From Armatimonadota bacterium (GTDB lineage Bacteria; Armatimonadota; HRBIN16): a stretch of 64,000 nucleotides of DNA. Under the pieces are notes generated by a model. That model saw only the letters and a list, made by a program, of their open reading frames with translations, was not told the DNA's origin and ran no database searches. The position numbers and the translations under genes are program-made. Shown here in pieces: positions 1 to 9,850 of this stretch. Numbering within the stretch: the first letter of the stretch is position 1; each line of letters opens with the position of its first letter. The DNA is taken from contig OY781964.1 in NCBI GenBank assembly GCA_963677485.1, forward strand, positions 992,001 through 1,056,000, read 5' to 3'.

Positions 1-1
1 A

Positions 2-907
2 CGAGGGCATGACGGCAATATCTACATGCTGCCCCGTGAGCTGGGCGTGGTGGCGATGTTCTATAACCGCACACTGCTGCGCAAGGCGGGACTGCCCGAT
101 CCCAAAGCGGACTGGACGTATGACCAGATGAGGGCGATGGCAAAAAAGCTGACCATTCGCGACGCCAAAGGCCGGGTCACTCAATACGGATTTACCGCTT
201 CATACGCCTGGGCTGGATTCTATGCCTCTTTCCTGGCAAGCTTCGGCGGCAGCGCACTGGATTACAAGAACCAAAAGGCGACATTAAGCAGCCCGGCATC
301 ACTCAAAGCACTTCAGTGGCTGGTGGACATGGTCGTCATCGATCGGGCGGGTATGCCGCCAAATGCGGTGCTGACCGCTCCGGGTATCGACCCCTTCGTG
401 GCGGGTAAAGTGGCGATGTCGATGCAGGTATTTCCACAGGTGCCCATGCTACGACAATCTATGAAGGGTTACGACTGGGATGTGCAGATGTTGCCAGCCG
501 GTCCTAAGGCTCACTTAGTGAATATGGGTGCTGCCGGATACGGCATGTCCGCTTCATCCGCACACAAACCCGAAGCCTGGCTGCTGCTGAAGCACATTGT
601 CAGCCAGCAAGGTCAGCGTGCTCTGGCGCGTAGCGGCAGCGGGATCCCAACTTTGAAATCTCTGGCACACGACCCCTGCTGGCGTCCGCCTGGGTTGCCG
701 CCGCGGAATTTGGATGCGTTCGTGAACTCCGTGCAGTTCGGCATGGGATGGCGAGATATTTTAGTGCTCACGGAGCCTGAGATCAACGACGCTGTGACCA
801 TGGCGTTTGAACAAAGCTTCAACGGCATTTCAAGTGTGACGGATGCTTTCAGGCAGTGCGACCAGCGGATCAATGCCCTGTTCGCTAAAAGGAAGGCAGC
901 CGAATGA
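2..907 (+). CDS. Carbohydrate ABC transporter substrate-binding protein (5' truncated by window edge)
   Basis: The frame is open from base 2 (RGHDGNIYMLP). Family-1 SBP motifs are present (FYNRTLLRKAGL, WT.D, F..GKVAM), and two permeases follow. Confidence 0.9.
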   Translation, partial: RGHDGNIYMLPRELGVVAMFYNRTLLRKAGLPDPKADWTYDQMRAMAKKLTIRDAKGRVTQYGFTASYAWAGFYASFLASFGGSALDYKNQKATLSSPASLKALQWLVDMVVIDRAGMPPNAVLTAPGIDPFVAGKVAMSMQVFPQVPMLRQSMKGYDWDVQMLPAGPKAHLVNMGAAGYGMSASSAHKPEAWLLLKHIVSQQGQRALARSGSGIPTLKSLAHDPCWRPPGLPPRNLDAFVNSVQFGMGWRDILVLTEPEINDAVTMAFEQSFNGISSVTDAFRQCDQRINALFAKRKAAE

Positions 908-1812
908 GCACCACCACACCAAAAAGACGAAAACGTATCAGCACCGATGCACTGGCTGCGGCGGTGTTCGTGGCCCCGCTGGTCATTGGATTGCTAGTAT
1001 TCACCGTGTGGCCGATGTTGAACTCCGTGTGGTTAAGCCTCTGCGACTACGATATCTTCTCCGCCCCGAAGTATATCGGCAGCAAGAACTATGTGAACCT
1101 GTTTCAGGATCCGCTATTCTGGCAAGCTCTGAAGGTCACCTCTATCTACTCGTTCATCAGCGTGCCGTTAGGGCTGATCGCGGGTTTAGGTCTGGCGATC
1201 TTGCTGAACACGAAGATCAAAGGCATGGGCTTATTCCGGACGGTATACTATCTGCCCAGCGTGCTGTCCGGCGTGGCGGTCTCGCTGCTTTGGTTCTGGA
1301 TTTTCAACCCAGATTTCGGTCTTGCCAACTACGCGCTGGATAAAATGGGATTGCCACCTGTGGCCTGGCTCACCAGCCCTAAAACCGCGTTGATGTCGTT
1401 GATTTTGATGAGTTTGTGGTCGGTAGGCGGAGCGATGGTGATCAACCTCGCCGGCTTGCAGGGCATCTCCAAAGAGCTCTACGAATCCGCCAACCTGGAT
1501 GGTGCCAACGGACTGCAGCAGCTCCGGCATATCACACTGCCAGGTCTGACGCCGGTGATCTTCTACAACCTGGTCATGGGCATCATCGGATCCTTCCAGG
1601 TATTCACGCAGGCCTTTGTGATGACATCTGGTGGCCCAAGCAACGCCACGCTGTTCTACGTGCTCTACCTGTTCCGACATGCCTTTAACTACTTCAACAT
1701 GGGCTACGCCTCAGCGATGGCCTGGGTGCTGTTCACCATTATTCTGGTGCTCACACTGCTGGTATTTAGGTCTTCCAGCTTCTGGGTCTATTATGAGGGA
1801 GAAAAGAAGTGA
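904..1812 (+). CDS. Carbohydrate ABC transporter permease (MalF/UgpA type)
   Basis: Multiple TM helices, EAA loop LYESANLDGA and C-terminal MGYASAMAW. ATGA overlap with the SBP gene. Confidence 0.93.
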   Translation: MSTTTPKRRKRISTDALAAAVFVAPLVIGLLVFTVWPMLNSVWLSLCDYDIFSAPKYIGSKNYVNLFQDPLFWQALKVTSIYSFISVPLGLIAGLGLAILLNTKIKGMGLFRTVYYLPSVLSGVAVSLLWFWIFNPDFGLANYALDKMGLPPVAWLTSPKTALMSLILMSLWSVGGAMVINLAGLQGISKELYESANLDGANGLQQLRHITLPGLTPVIFYNLVMGIIGSFQVFTQAFVMTSGGPSNATLFYVLYLFRHAFNYFNMGYASAMAWVLFTIILVLTLLVFRSSSFWVYYEGEKK

Positions 1813-2657
1813 AAAAGAGAAGCCAGCACACTACCGAGCTGATTCAAAAGAGCATCGTCACTGTGATACTGCTCATCGGATCGGTCGGCATGTTACTCCC
1901 CTTCCTGTGGATGGTCAGCACTGCATTGAAGTCGCCCGATTTCGTGATGGTCTACCCGCCGCAGTGGATACCCAACCCGGTTCGTTGGCATAACTTCGTA
2001 GAAGCCTGGACCACGCTGCCCTTTACCCTCTATCTGCAGAACACGGTCATCATCACGACTACGGTGATCTTTGGCACGGTGCTGACCAGCAGCATGGCGG
2101 CGTTCGCCTTCGCGCGCCTCAAGTTCAAGGGACGTGAGTGGCTGTTCATGGCCACACTGGCCACGATGATGCTGCCCTCGCAGGTCACCGTCATCCCCAT
2201 CTTCCTGATGTTCCGGCACATGGGGCTGTTGAACACCTTCACCCCGCTGACCATCGGTGCCTGGCTGGGCGGTGGTGCCATGAATATCTTCTTGATGCGG
2301 CAGTTCATACTCACCCTGCCGCCGGCACTTGACGAGGCTGCGAAGCTGGACGGCTGCAACCCGTTCCAGATTTACTGGCACATCGTGCTGCCGTTGATGA
2401 GGCCCTGTCTTGCGGTGATCGCAGCCTTCACCTTCCTCGGCACATGGAATGACTTCATGGGTCCGATGATCTACCTGACCACGCCTGACAAGATGACGCT
2501 GGCCCTGGGGCTTCAGTTTTTTCAGGGGCATTATGGCGTGACCACGCATCTTCTGATGGCGGTCTCGCTGGTGGTCATGGCTCCCTGCCTGCTGCTCTTC
2601 TTCTTTGCACAGAAGCAGTTCATCAGCGGCATCACCCTTGGCGGTGTGAAGGGGTAG
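1809..2657 (+). CDS. Carbohydrate ABC transporter permease (MalG/UgpE type)
   Basis: EAA loop LDEAAKLDG, WNDF motif and QKQFISGI..GGVKG end. GTGA overlap with the previous gene. Confidence 0.93.
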   Translation: MKKRSQHTTELIQKSIVTVILLIGSVGMLLPFLWMVSTALKSPDFVMVYPPQWIPNPVRWHNFVEAWTTLPFTLYLQNTVIITTTVIFGTVLTSSMAAFAFARLKFKGREWLFMATLATMMLPSQVTVIPIFLMFRHMGLLNTFTPLTIGAWLGGGAMNIFLMRQFILTLPPALDEAAKLDGCNPFQIYWHIVLPLMRPCLAVIAAFTFLGTWNDFMGPMIYLTTPDKMTLALGLQFFQGHYGVTTHLLMAVSLVVMAPCLLLFFFAQKQFISGITLGGVKG

Positions 2658-2692
2658 CATCAGGCGTTCAGCGTCAGCACCACTCTTGAATT

Positions 2693-2729
2693 CAAGGCAG
2701 CCCGTATTTTGCGAATACGGGCTGCCTTG
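2693..2729 (+). terminator. 16-bp perfect stem-loop after the ABC operon (terminator or REP-like)
   Basis: CAAGGCAGCCCGTATT-TTGCG-AATACGGGCTGCCTTG, with no U-tract. Confidence 0.5.
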
Positions 2730-2736
2730 TACGTGC

Positions 2737-3104
2737 GACGGTCTTTCGTTCCGATGGCCGTGTGTGTTCTCGAATTCGGTGGGATGGCCCTTGTGACCAT
2801 CTGCGGCATTGGGCAACGTCGCAGCACGAGATAACGGGCCTGTGGCGTAAATAGCGTGTGCGGATGACCACGTTGCCGCGACATCGAATGGACCCGAATC
2901 CTGTTTGTATTTGCGGATCATGGATGGATATCGCGAAGTGATGACGGTCTTTCGTTCCGAACGTGGTGTGCATTCTCATTGAATTCGTAGGGATGGCCCT
3001 TGTGGCCATCCGCGACCATGACCATCAACCGGCCATGATCGCAGCACGAGGTAACGGGCCTGTGGCGTGAAAAGCGTGTAGGGATGACCACGTTACCGCG
3101 ACAT
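2737..3104. repeat. Diverged tandem duplication of about 150-160 bp (2737-2884 and 2943-3104)
   Basis: Shared blocks GACGGTCTTTCGTTCCGA, GGGATGGCCCTTGTG, TCGCAGCACGAG.TAACGGGCCTGTGGCGT and GGATGACCACGTT.CCGCGACAT. Confidence 0.85.
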
Positions 3105-3232
3105 AAATGTCTCGGCTATTGATCAACAAGGCTGCTGAAGCAGCCTACGACGACGTTATCTCTATCGGCACCAAAGGCCCCAGCCCGTTTCAACGGGCTT
3201 TCTGATCAATAGCCGAGACATTTATGTCGCGG
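3096..3232. mobile_element. 137-bp MITE/REPIN-like element with 30-bp perfect terminal inverted repeats
   Basis: CCGCGACATAAATGTCTCGGCTATTGATCA ... TGATCAATAGCCGAGACATTTATGTCGCGG, with internal hairpins AGGCTGCTGAAGCAGCCT and AGCCCGTTTCAACGGGCT. A second copy lies at 60194-60332. Confidence 0.8.
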
Positions 3233-3390
3233 AATAGGATGGATAGGACTGCGATTTGTATTTGTGGGTAATAGACTGACATTTATGTCGCGGCATCAGT
3301 CACTTACAAATCCTGCTAATCTCTGCCATGAATGGACACCCCGAAATAGATCGAACCCCATCGTCAGCACAGACAAGACCGTGCCAACCC

Positions 3391-5154
3391 TTAGTCGCCG
3401 CTCTCCAGGCTATCCAGTGCCACCTTGAACTGCTGGTTATACAACGCCGCGTATTCACCGTCCAATGCCAGCAGCTCCTCGTGGTTGCCCATCTCGATGA
3501 TCTGCCCCTGGCCCATCACGATGATCTTGTCCGCTTTCACGATGGTGCTCAGCCGGTGGGCGATCACAAAACTGGTGCGACCTTCCATCAACCGCTCCAG
3601 TGCTTGCTGGATGAGCGTCTCGGTTTCGCTGTCCAACTGACTGGTGGCTTCGTCTAGAATGAGGATCCGGGGATTGCTCAACAGCGCGCGGGCGATGGCC
3701 ATACGCTGACGCTCCCCACCGGAGAGCTTAACGCCGTCCTCACCGTATTTCATCAGGAAGCCTTTGGGCATCGCCTCGATGACGTGAGCGATGTTCGCGG
3801 CCTTCGCTGCGTCATACACCTCTTCATCGGTGGCATCCAGTTTGCCATACCGGATGTTCTCCATCAGCGTGTCATTGAACAGCGTGGTCTCCTGAATGAC
3901 CACACCGATCTGCTGCTTGAGGCTATCCAGCGTGATGTCGCGAAGGTCCATGCCGTCAATGGTGATCTTGCCCTTGGTGACGTCGTAATGACGCTGGAGC
4001 AGGTTGACCAGGGTGGTTTTGCCGCTGCCGCTGGAGCCTACTAAAGCCACCATCTGCCCCGGCTTGACGTCGATGTTGATGCCCTTGATGACCGGCTGTC
4101 CTGGCTCATATTCAAACCAGACATCCTCATACCTGACGCCACCTTGAATTTCGGGCAGCTTCATGGCTTTAGGCGCATTGTCGATGTCTGGCTTGGTGTC
4201 CAGCATGTAGAAGATGCGCTCGAGGGCCGCATTGGTGCGGGCCAGCAGCTCATTCATCTGTATCAACCGCAGGGTAGGCCCATACAGGTAGCCGCCGATA
4301 TACATGATGAACGCGTTGAGTGAACCGGGAGTGAGCGAAGGCTCCTTCCCACCCAGGTGCATGACCATCTGCCCGCCAAACCACAGCAGCACAGCAGTGC
4401 CGATCGCACCGATGAATTCAGCGTTCACCCAGAGGCCTGTTCCCAGGCTTCCCTGGCGGATATTCAGCTTCAAAAGCCCTCGGGTTGTGCCCACGAATTG
4501 GGTGACCTCGTAACGCTCCTGCGCATACGATTTGACCACCGAGACAGCCGCCAGCTTCTCATACAAGTTGCCCAGCATGGTGTCACGCTGATCACGCACC
4601 AGGCGGCTGTTCCACTTGATGCGCCCGATGAAGGTGAGGTAGTTGGTGACGTAAATGGGGTAAACGCAGAGCGCATAAAGTGCCAGCCAGGGATTCATCT
4701 TGAACACGATGAACAGCGTCGCACCCAGCGTGGCGACGTCGCTGATCAAGGTCGTAAATCCACCGGTCAGCAATGCGTTGACGGTGCCTACGTCGTTGAC
4801 GATGATACTGACCAGCTTGCCCGTCTGGCGCTTCTCAAAGTAGCCCAGCGAAAGGGTCTGCATATGGCTATACAGCTTTTCGCGCATGTCATACATGAAC
4901 CGCTGGCCTAAAGTGGTGACCAGCACGCCCAGGCCGTAACCAACGATGCTGCCCAACAGCGAGATGCCCATAATGGCGGCGAATATCCACCAGAGCGGAA
5001 ATGGTTTACCAGAATAGAGCCTGTCCAAGAGCCAGCCGATGATGCGCGGCATCGGCAGCCCGATGGCGGCCGCACAGAGGGTGAGTATCGCTACCCATAT
5101 CATGGTCATGCGATATGGCATGACCTCTTTTATAAATCTGAAGATATTTTTCAT
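3391..5154 (-). CDS. ABC exporter, fused permease/ATPase (MsbA/Sav1866-like)
   Basis: N-terminal TM domain, Walker A GSSGSGKT, signature LSGGERQR, Walker B ILILDEATS and AHRLST. Confidence 0.95.
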   Translation of the reverse strand: MKNIFRFIKEVMPYRMTMIWVAILTLCAAAIGLPMPRIIGWLLDRLYSGKPFPLWWIFAAIMGISLLGSIVGYGLGVLVTTLGQRFMYDMREKLYSHMQTLSLGYFEKRQTGKLVSIIVNDVGTVNALLTGGFTTLISDVATLGATLFIVFKMNPWLALYALCVYPIYVTNYLTFIGRIKWNSRLVRDQRDTMLGNLYEKLAAVSVVKSYAQERYEVTQFVGTTRGLLKLNIRQGSLGTGLWVNAEFIGAIGTAVLLWFGGQMVMHLGGKEPSLTPGSLNAFIMYIGGYLYGPTLRLIQMNELLARTNAALERIFYMLDTKPDIDNAPKAMKLPEIQGGVRYEDVWFEYEPGQPVIKGINIDVKPGQMVALVGSSGSGKTTLVNLLQRHYDVTKGKITIDGMDLRDITLDSLKQQIGVVIQETTLFNDTLMENIRYGKLDATDEEVYDAAKAANIAHVIEAMPKGFLMKYGEDGVKLSGGERQRMAIARALLSNPRILILDEATSQLDSETETLIQQALERLMEGRTSFVIAHRLSTIVKADKIIVMGQGQIIEMGNHEELLALDGEYAALYNQQFKVALDSLESGD

Positions 5155-5328
5155 TTTTTGTTCCGTCCGCCATATAGCGTTATAGCCATTTTACCTCTTT
5201 ACGTGGGCCTATGCCTACTTTTATTCGGCGGTACGGTGGAAAACAACACATTCCGAATTGCTACGTAACTACTCAGCCACGAGTGAACTATGTCGAAGCC
5301 AATGACCGGTTAACCTGCTGATCACCTC

Positions 5329-5560
5329 CGGACACCCACAGAGTGGGTAAGACTCTTTATAGCCACGGGTGAGCGAAGCGATACCCGTGGGGGGCAGGCC
5401 CAAATATCTACCCCGAAGGGGTCTTCTGTGGCGTCTTGAAAGTGCGGCAACCGCGAATAGGTACGACCCACTTCGGGGTAGGATCACTTGCAAGCTGACC
5501 AGGGGTTACGCTTCGCTTACCCCTGGCTGTAATGAATCTTACCCACTTCGTGGGTGTCCG
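5329..5560. repeat. About 230-bp nested imperfect palindrome (REPIN-like)
   Basis: CGGACACCCACAGAGTGGGTAAGA pairs with TCTTACCCACTTCGTGGGTGTCCG; GAGCGAAGCG pairs with CGCTTCGCTT; CTACCCCGAAG pairs with CTTCGGGGTAG. Confidence 0.8.
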
Positions 5561-5654
5561 CAGGACCTCTGCTGTCAATAGTCTATATGCAGATAGAATA
5601 TCGCTGAGGATTCTGATTGTTGAGTGGATTCGTATTAAAAATATCGGCACATGG

Positions 5655-6701
5655 TTAGCTCTTGGCTGTCGGCGTGAACCGCACACCCGGGGCCGAATAT
5701 CGGCGCCAACGCGGCGTGAAGGTGGTATAGCTCAGTATCATGCTGCCCATTCGGAAACAACTTAGCGCCCATTGGGGCCACATCACCAGCCAGATGGCAA
5801 ACAACATGAAGGGGTAGTTGGCGGCCGTCTGCCAGCCCGGGTTACGCAGCAGCCAGGCCGTATAACCGCCAGCAGCCCAGAGCACATACGGTTGGCTGAC
5901 CGCGAAACCTGCCGCCACCAGCCAAAGCTGGCCAGCCTGTATGCTGCGGGTTGGACATGTGCCGATGCACCTCATGCAGCTTTCACAGCGGAAGCTCCAC
6001 CACGGATGGCCATTGACCAGGCTGATGGCCTGCACAGGGCACTGCCGGACGCACATCCCGCAGCTATTGCAGCTGTTATCTGCGTAGAGCATCTTGGCCA
6101 GCATGAACCGTCCGATCAACAGGTAAGCAAGGCTGATTTGCCACAACAACAGGCCGAACGTGAGACTAATGAGGCTGCCCAGCGGGAAACGAAGGTGCCC
6201 CCTGACCAGCGTCTTGACATAATGCTTCACCTTGAGCTCCGCTCGGCCGATGATGGTGCGGACAGATGTCTCCCGCATCCCCGGGTGGACCGCCAGCCAG
6301 TTGCAAGGCATATCCACCGCCATCACTCCGCGGACATGGTAGCCCTTCAGGAATAAAATGAGTGCCAGCAAATATCCGGTGGTGCCCTCAAAGCCAGGTA
6401 TATGTGTGCCATACAGTTTCGTACCAGCCCGGGCAGGCATCACGAAAGCCCGGCAGCCTTTGGGGGCGATTGGCATTTTGAGGGTGTGTGAAATGGCGGC
6501 CCATGGTGCGGTGAAGCCGTGCGTGGGACAGATGATGCCCACCAAGCCGGTGTTTGGATCGACATGGCTGGGGGTATGGCGGCCAATCTGCACGATCTGG
6601 CTTGTATATCCCATCGACCTCATTTGCTCCGAGGCCCAGTCAGCCATTCTGTAACAGTTGCCCGTCCCGCTGAAAACATGTAGTTCTGCGTGTTTAAGCA
6701 T
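5655..6701 (-). CDS. EFR1-family ferrodoxin (flavodoxin-like domain plus 2x[4Fe-4S]) with hydrophobic C-terminus
   Basis: FSGTGN flavodoxin loop, and Cys motifs CNSCGMCVRQCP and CESCMRCIGTCP. Confidence 0.85.
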   Translation of the reverse strand: MLKHAELHVFSGTGNCYRMADWASEQMRSMGYTSQIVQIGRHTPSHVDPNTGLVGIICPTHGFTAPWAAISHTLKMPIAPKGCRAFVMPARAGTKLYGTHIPGFEGTTGYLLALILFLKGYHVRGVMAVDMPCNWLAVHPGMRETSVRTIIGRAELKVKHYVKTLVRGHLRFPLGSLISLTFGLLLWQISLAYLLIGRFMLAKMLYADNSCNSCGMCVRQCPVQAISLVNGHPWWSFRCESCMRCIGTCPTRSIQAGQLWLVAAGFAVSQPYVLWAAGGYTAWLLRNPGWQTAANYPFMLFAIWLVMWPQWALSCFRMGSMILSYTTFTPRWRRYSAPGVRFTPTAKS

Positions 6702-6854
6702 AATGGTTCCTCAAGCTTATGATAGTGCAAGTTGGCCTGCGGTGCAATGGGGAAGGAGGAAGGAGCGGAGGAGAATAGGAGTGGAGTAGTGGAGGGAGCC
6801 AATCGGGAGATTGGCTTTCCCAAGGCTCCCCATCACCCGCCTCCGCACCCTGCC

Positions 6855-7742
6855 CTACCGATCTGGATCGAACGGCTGGCCAAGACCGGTGTTGCGGGTG
6901 AACACCTCCGGCCGATCTGGCTCCACCAAAGCCTTATACCTGCCCGGACGGCGGAAGGCAGCACCCCAAATGGTGCTCTGGCGTATCTGTCGAGTCTGCT
7001 CTATATCAAACCGCCCCCACAGAATCTGCTCCGTATCGTCTGCCATGGCTTGAACCGCACCCGTGGCGTCGACGGTCATACTCCGGCCCTGGTAGTCAGG
7101 TCCAGCGTAGTTCGTCATGGCTATGATCATACTGTTCTCCATTCCGCGCACGCTGAACTGCTGGATCCGGTCAGGTGGAAGCACACAGGCGTTGGGGGTC
7201 AACACCAGTTCCGCACCCTTCAGCATATTTACCCGGGCACTCTCAGGAAACTCGCGGTCATAGCAGATCATGGCGCCAGTCATCACCACGCCCTGTTTGG
7301 TGTCCAAGGGAGCCACATACCAGTCTTCACCGGGGGTGGTAGAGGCCTCGAAGCTGGAGAAGTCGCAGGTGTGGACCTTAGCGTAGGTGAACAGCTCCAT
7401 GCCATGGCGGTCGAACAGAGTGACCGCGTTTCGAGGTGCCCCCGGCCATTGTTGCAGGTATCCCACCGCGATAGCGATCTCCAATTCGCGTGCCAGTCGG
7501 GAGAAGTGCTGCACCCAGGTCCCGCTGGTCGCAACCGCCTGCCCTTGCCATTCAGCGATCGTCTCTGGATCGGTTCCTTCAAAGCCGGTATAACCGATGT
7601 TCAGCATCTCCGGCGTGAGTGCGATGTCGGCACCCTCTCGGGCTGCCTGGCGGATGTAGCCTTCGGCGTGCTCCAGATTGAGCTGCTGGTTGTTGCCCTG
7701 TGGTCCGACTTGTATACATGCGATGGCAAGTTGCTGAGTCAT
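6855..7742 (-). CDS. Carbon-nitrogen hydrolase (nitrilase superfamily)
   Basis: Glu-Lys-Cys triad motifs TPEM, YAKVH and ICYDREFPE. Confidence 0.92.
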   Translation of the reverse strand: MTQQLAIACIQVGPQGNNQQLNLEHAEGYIRQAAREGADIALTPEMLNIGYTGFEGTDPETIAEWQGQAVATSGTWVQHFSRLARELEIAIAVGYLQQWPGAPRNAVTLFDRHGMELFTYAKVHTCDFSSFEASTTPGEDWYVAPLDTKQGVVMTGAMICYDREFPESARVNMLKGAELVLTPNACVLPPDRIQQFSVRGMENSMIIAMTNYAGPDYQGRSMTVDATGAVQAMADDTEQILWGRFDIEQTRQIRQSTIWGAAFRRPGRYKALVEPDRPEVFTRNTGLGQPFDPDR

Positions 7743-9724
7743 AATGGCTCCTTACTATATTGGATGTCGCGAATCCGATGTCCCTGCGTATCACAGATCC
7801 TCAAAAAGCAGCCCAAATGGGCAGATGATCTTGCGGTCGGTTCGAAATGATACACCAGCATCAGTTCGTTCGCTCCCACCTTCAGTTTTCCTTGCATATT
7901 ACTGATGAGCTGACCGTTGAGCAGCACCCGCTTGACCGTGCCAGGGAAGCCGGATATCTTCACCTCACGACGAACAGGGCTGGTGACCGTACCGCGCAGG
8001 ATGTAGATACCGCTGCTCAGATTACGCCATGTGCCTGATGTGATTATCACCTCAGGGTGCACCCACTGAGGGTCTACTCGTAAATCGGTCGAGCGGTTCT
8101 CCCAAGGTACGCCCATAGCGTTCGACATGGCATCCGCCGTTTTGCATTGCTCGAAGAGGCGGAAATCGAACTGGTCTGGCGCAAATGGGCCCATCACCTG
8201 GAACCGTCCGGTTGGCAGCGAGCTGTCCTCGATGGGTTCCGTGCGGCAGGTGACATATAGGCGTGAGGGCACATCGCCCCACATGAACTCCAACTGCACC
8301 GCATAGAAGGCCTCTCCGAAGCTGTCTGCCGGATCGCGCTGAGGGTCGTTTGATAATGGCAGCCTCTGCCGACACTGCCTCTCCAGACCCAGGTCGGGTA
8401 GTGACCTTGCGATCACACCCTGTGGATGCATCAACGGCAGGCGGTATTGCGCGCGCAGATTGCTGACGGGATAGGCCGACTGGTTTATGATTTGCAGCTG
8501 CAGCTGACCGTCAGACCGATAGAGAATGGCATGCAGCCCAGGGAAGTCGGGGTCATCCACCCGATACCGTATGTCAGTGTCATTGGCGTCGTTATGAATG
8601 GCTCCGATGAGCTGAGGCATCCGGTGTTCATCCGAATGGGGAACATTGAGGATATTGCCGTGACGCTGCACATCCGCACCGGTGATCGCCGTCAACTGCG
8701 AAGGATCGACTCCCTCAAGCAGCAAAGACAGCGGGATGGGATCATTCAACCAGCTCATGCTCGGGCGGGTGATGCTGAGCTTCACGGTAGCGCCTTCTCG
8801 CTTGATTCTCAGCTTGCTGTGCTCGCTCTGCTGCCAGTAGGCAGCGAACTCATTCTGGTTACAGTGCCAGGCGTCGGGCACCGCCTGCAGGTCGTCAAGG
8901 CGTTTCTCCAGCACGTCCCACCCAAACGGCAGCATGGAGGTTCCATACCATGAGTGCATCGAGTTACTGACCGCATTTCTCCGGGCGATGCGGTGGGCGT
9001 CTGTGAGTGCCCAGTCGAGGCTATATCTCCACTGATCATATGGGCTGTTTTCAGGCGCCAGAATGGTGCTGAAAGCCAGATCGGAAGCCACACGGTCTGC
9101 ATGACCCGCAAACTCCGCAATCCCCTGGTAGCCCGCGCGCTGGAGGCATCGCAGCGTGTCAGCGTGAACGGCATCGCCCTCTACGTCATTACGGATGTCG
9201 ACATAACTGTAGGTATAGCTGTTGATGGCGGTGTTGAGGCGGGCCTCCCACTCAATGCGCACCTCCAGCATCTCCTCAAACATCCGGTTTCGGTTGAGAT
9301 AGGTGATGTATGGATGGGTCATGCTGTGACCACCGATACTCTGTCCGTCGCCAAGAAGCTGTAAAGCCTGGAGGGTGTAGTCATCATCGCGATGCAAATC
9401 GGACTGCCAGTTGGAGTTCAGGTAGTATGTGCCCTTAATCCCTCGCTGAGCCATTAGCTTATGCGCTGTGGTGGTCTGGTCGTTGGCGTCATCCCAGCGG
9501 CATGTGATCGCCACATCATGCCCGTCATACACCGGTGCGATTCGCAGACGGGCTTGCTTCGCAGATTGCTCTGAAGAGAACTTCAATTCGATCTGCTGTT
9601 TGTACATGGGAATGGGGGTTTCTCTGAATGCACCTGTCATGTCGGGTATGGCCTCCGTAGTGATCACCGCTGTCGTAAGCAGGCTGCAGAACAGCGCAAG
9701 GTTTTGCGGGCACCGGATTTTCAT
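7739..9724 (-). CDS. Secreted polysaccharide deacetylase (NodB/CE4-like) domain protein with long C-terminal extension
   Basis: Signal-like N-terminus, motif-1-like TCRWDD and motif-2 GHSMTHP. Confidence 0.7.
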   Translation of the reverse strand: MKIRCPQNLALFCSLLTTAVITTEAIPDMTGAFRETPIPMYKQQIELKFSSEQSAKQARLRIAPVYDGHDVAITCRWDDANDQTTTAHKLMAQRGIKGTYYLNSNWQSDLHRDDDYTLQALQLLGDGQSIGGHSMTHPYITYLNRNRMFEEMLEVRIEWEARLNTAINSYTYSYVDIRNDVEGDAVHADTLRCLQRAGYQGIAEFAGHADRVASDLAFSTILAPENSPYDQWRYSLDWALTDAHRIARRNAVSNSMHSWYGTSMLPFGWDVLEKRLDDLQAVPDAWHCNQNEFAAYWQQSEHSKLRIKREGATVKLSITRPSMSWLNDPIPLSLLLEGVDPSQLTAITGADVQRHGNILNVPHSDEHRMPQLIGAIHNDANDTDIRYRVDDPDFPGLHAILYRSDGQLQLQIINQSAYPVSNLRAQYRLPLMHPQGVIARSLPDLGLERQCRQRLPLSNDPQRDPADSFGEAFYAVQLEFMWGDVPSRLYVTCRTEPIEDSSLPTGRFQVMGPFAPDQFDFRLFEQCKTADAMSNAMGVPWENRSTDLRVDPQWVHPEVIITSGTWRNLSSGIYILRGTVTSPVRREVKISGFPGTVKRVLLNGQLISNMQGKLKVGANELMLVYHFEPTARSSAHLGCFLRICDTQGHRIRDIQYSKEPL

Positions 9725-9850
9725 CGTTGTATCCTCGAACAGAGTGTTCTATACATATCCTATCATTGGAACATATGTTATCATGAAGAATACATGTTTT
9801 CCAGGCTTTACTAGAATACAGTATTTCGGCTCTCATTGGAGGCCCTTCCC

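Noticed and set aside
1893-2921. Long antisense ORFs (also 6732-7850, 16029-16871, 35308-36252, 47092-47838)
   Set aside because: They are shadow frames opposite well-supported genes, as expected in high-GC coding DNA.
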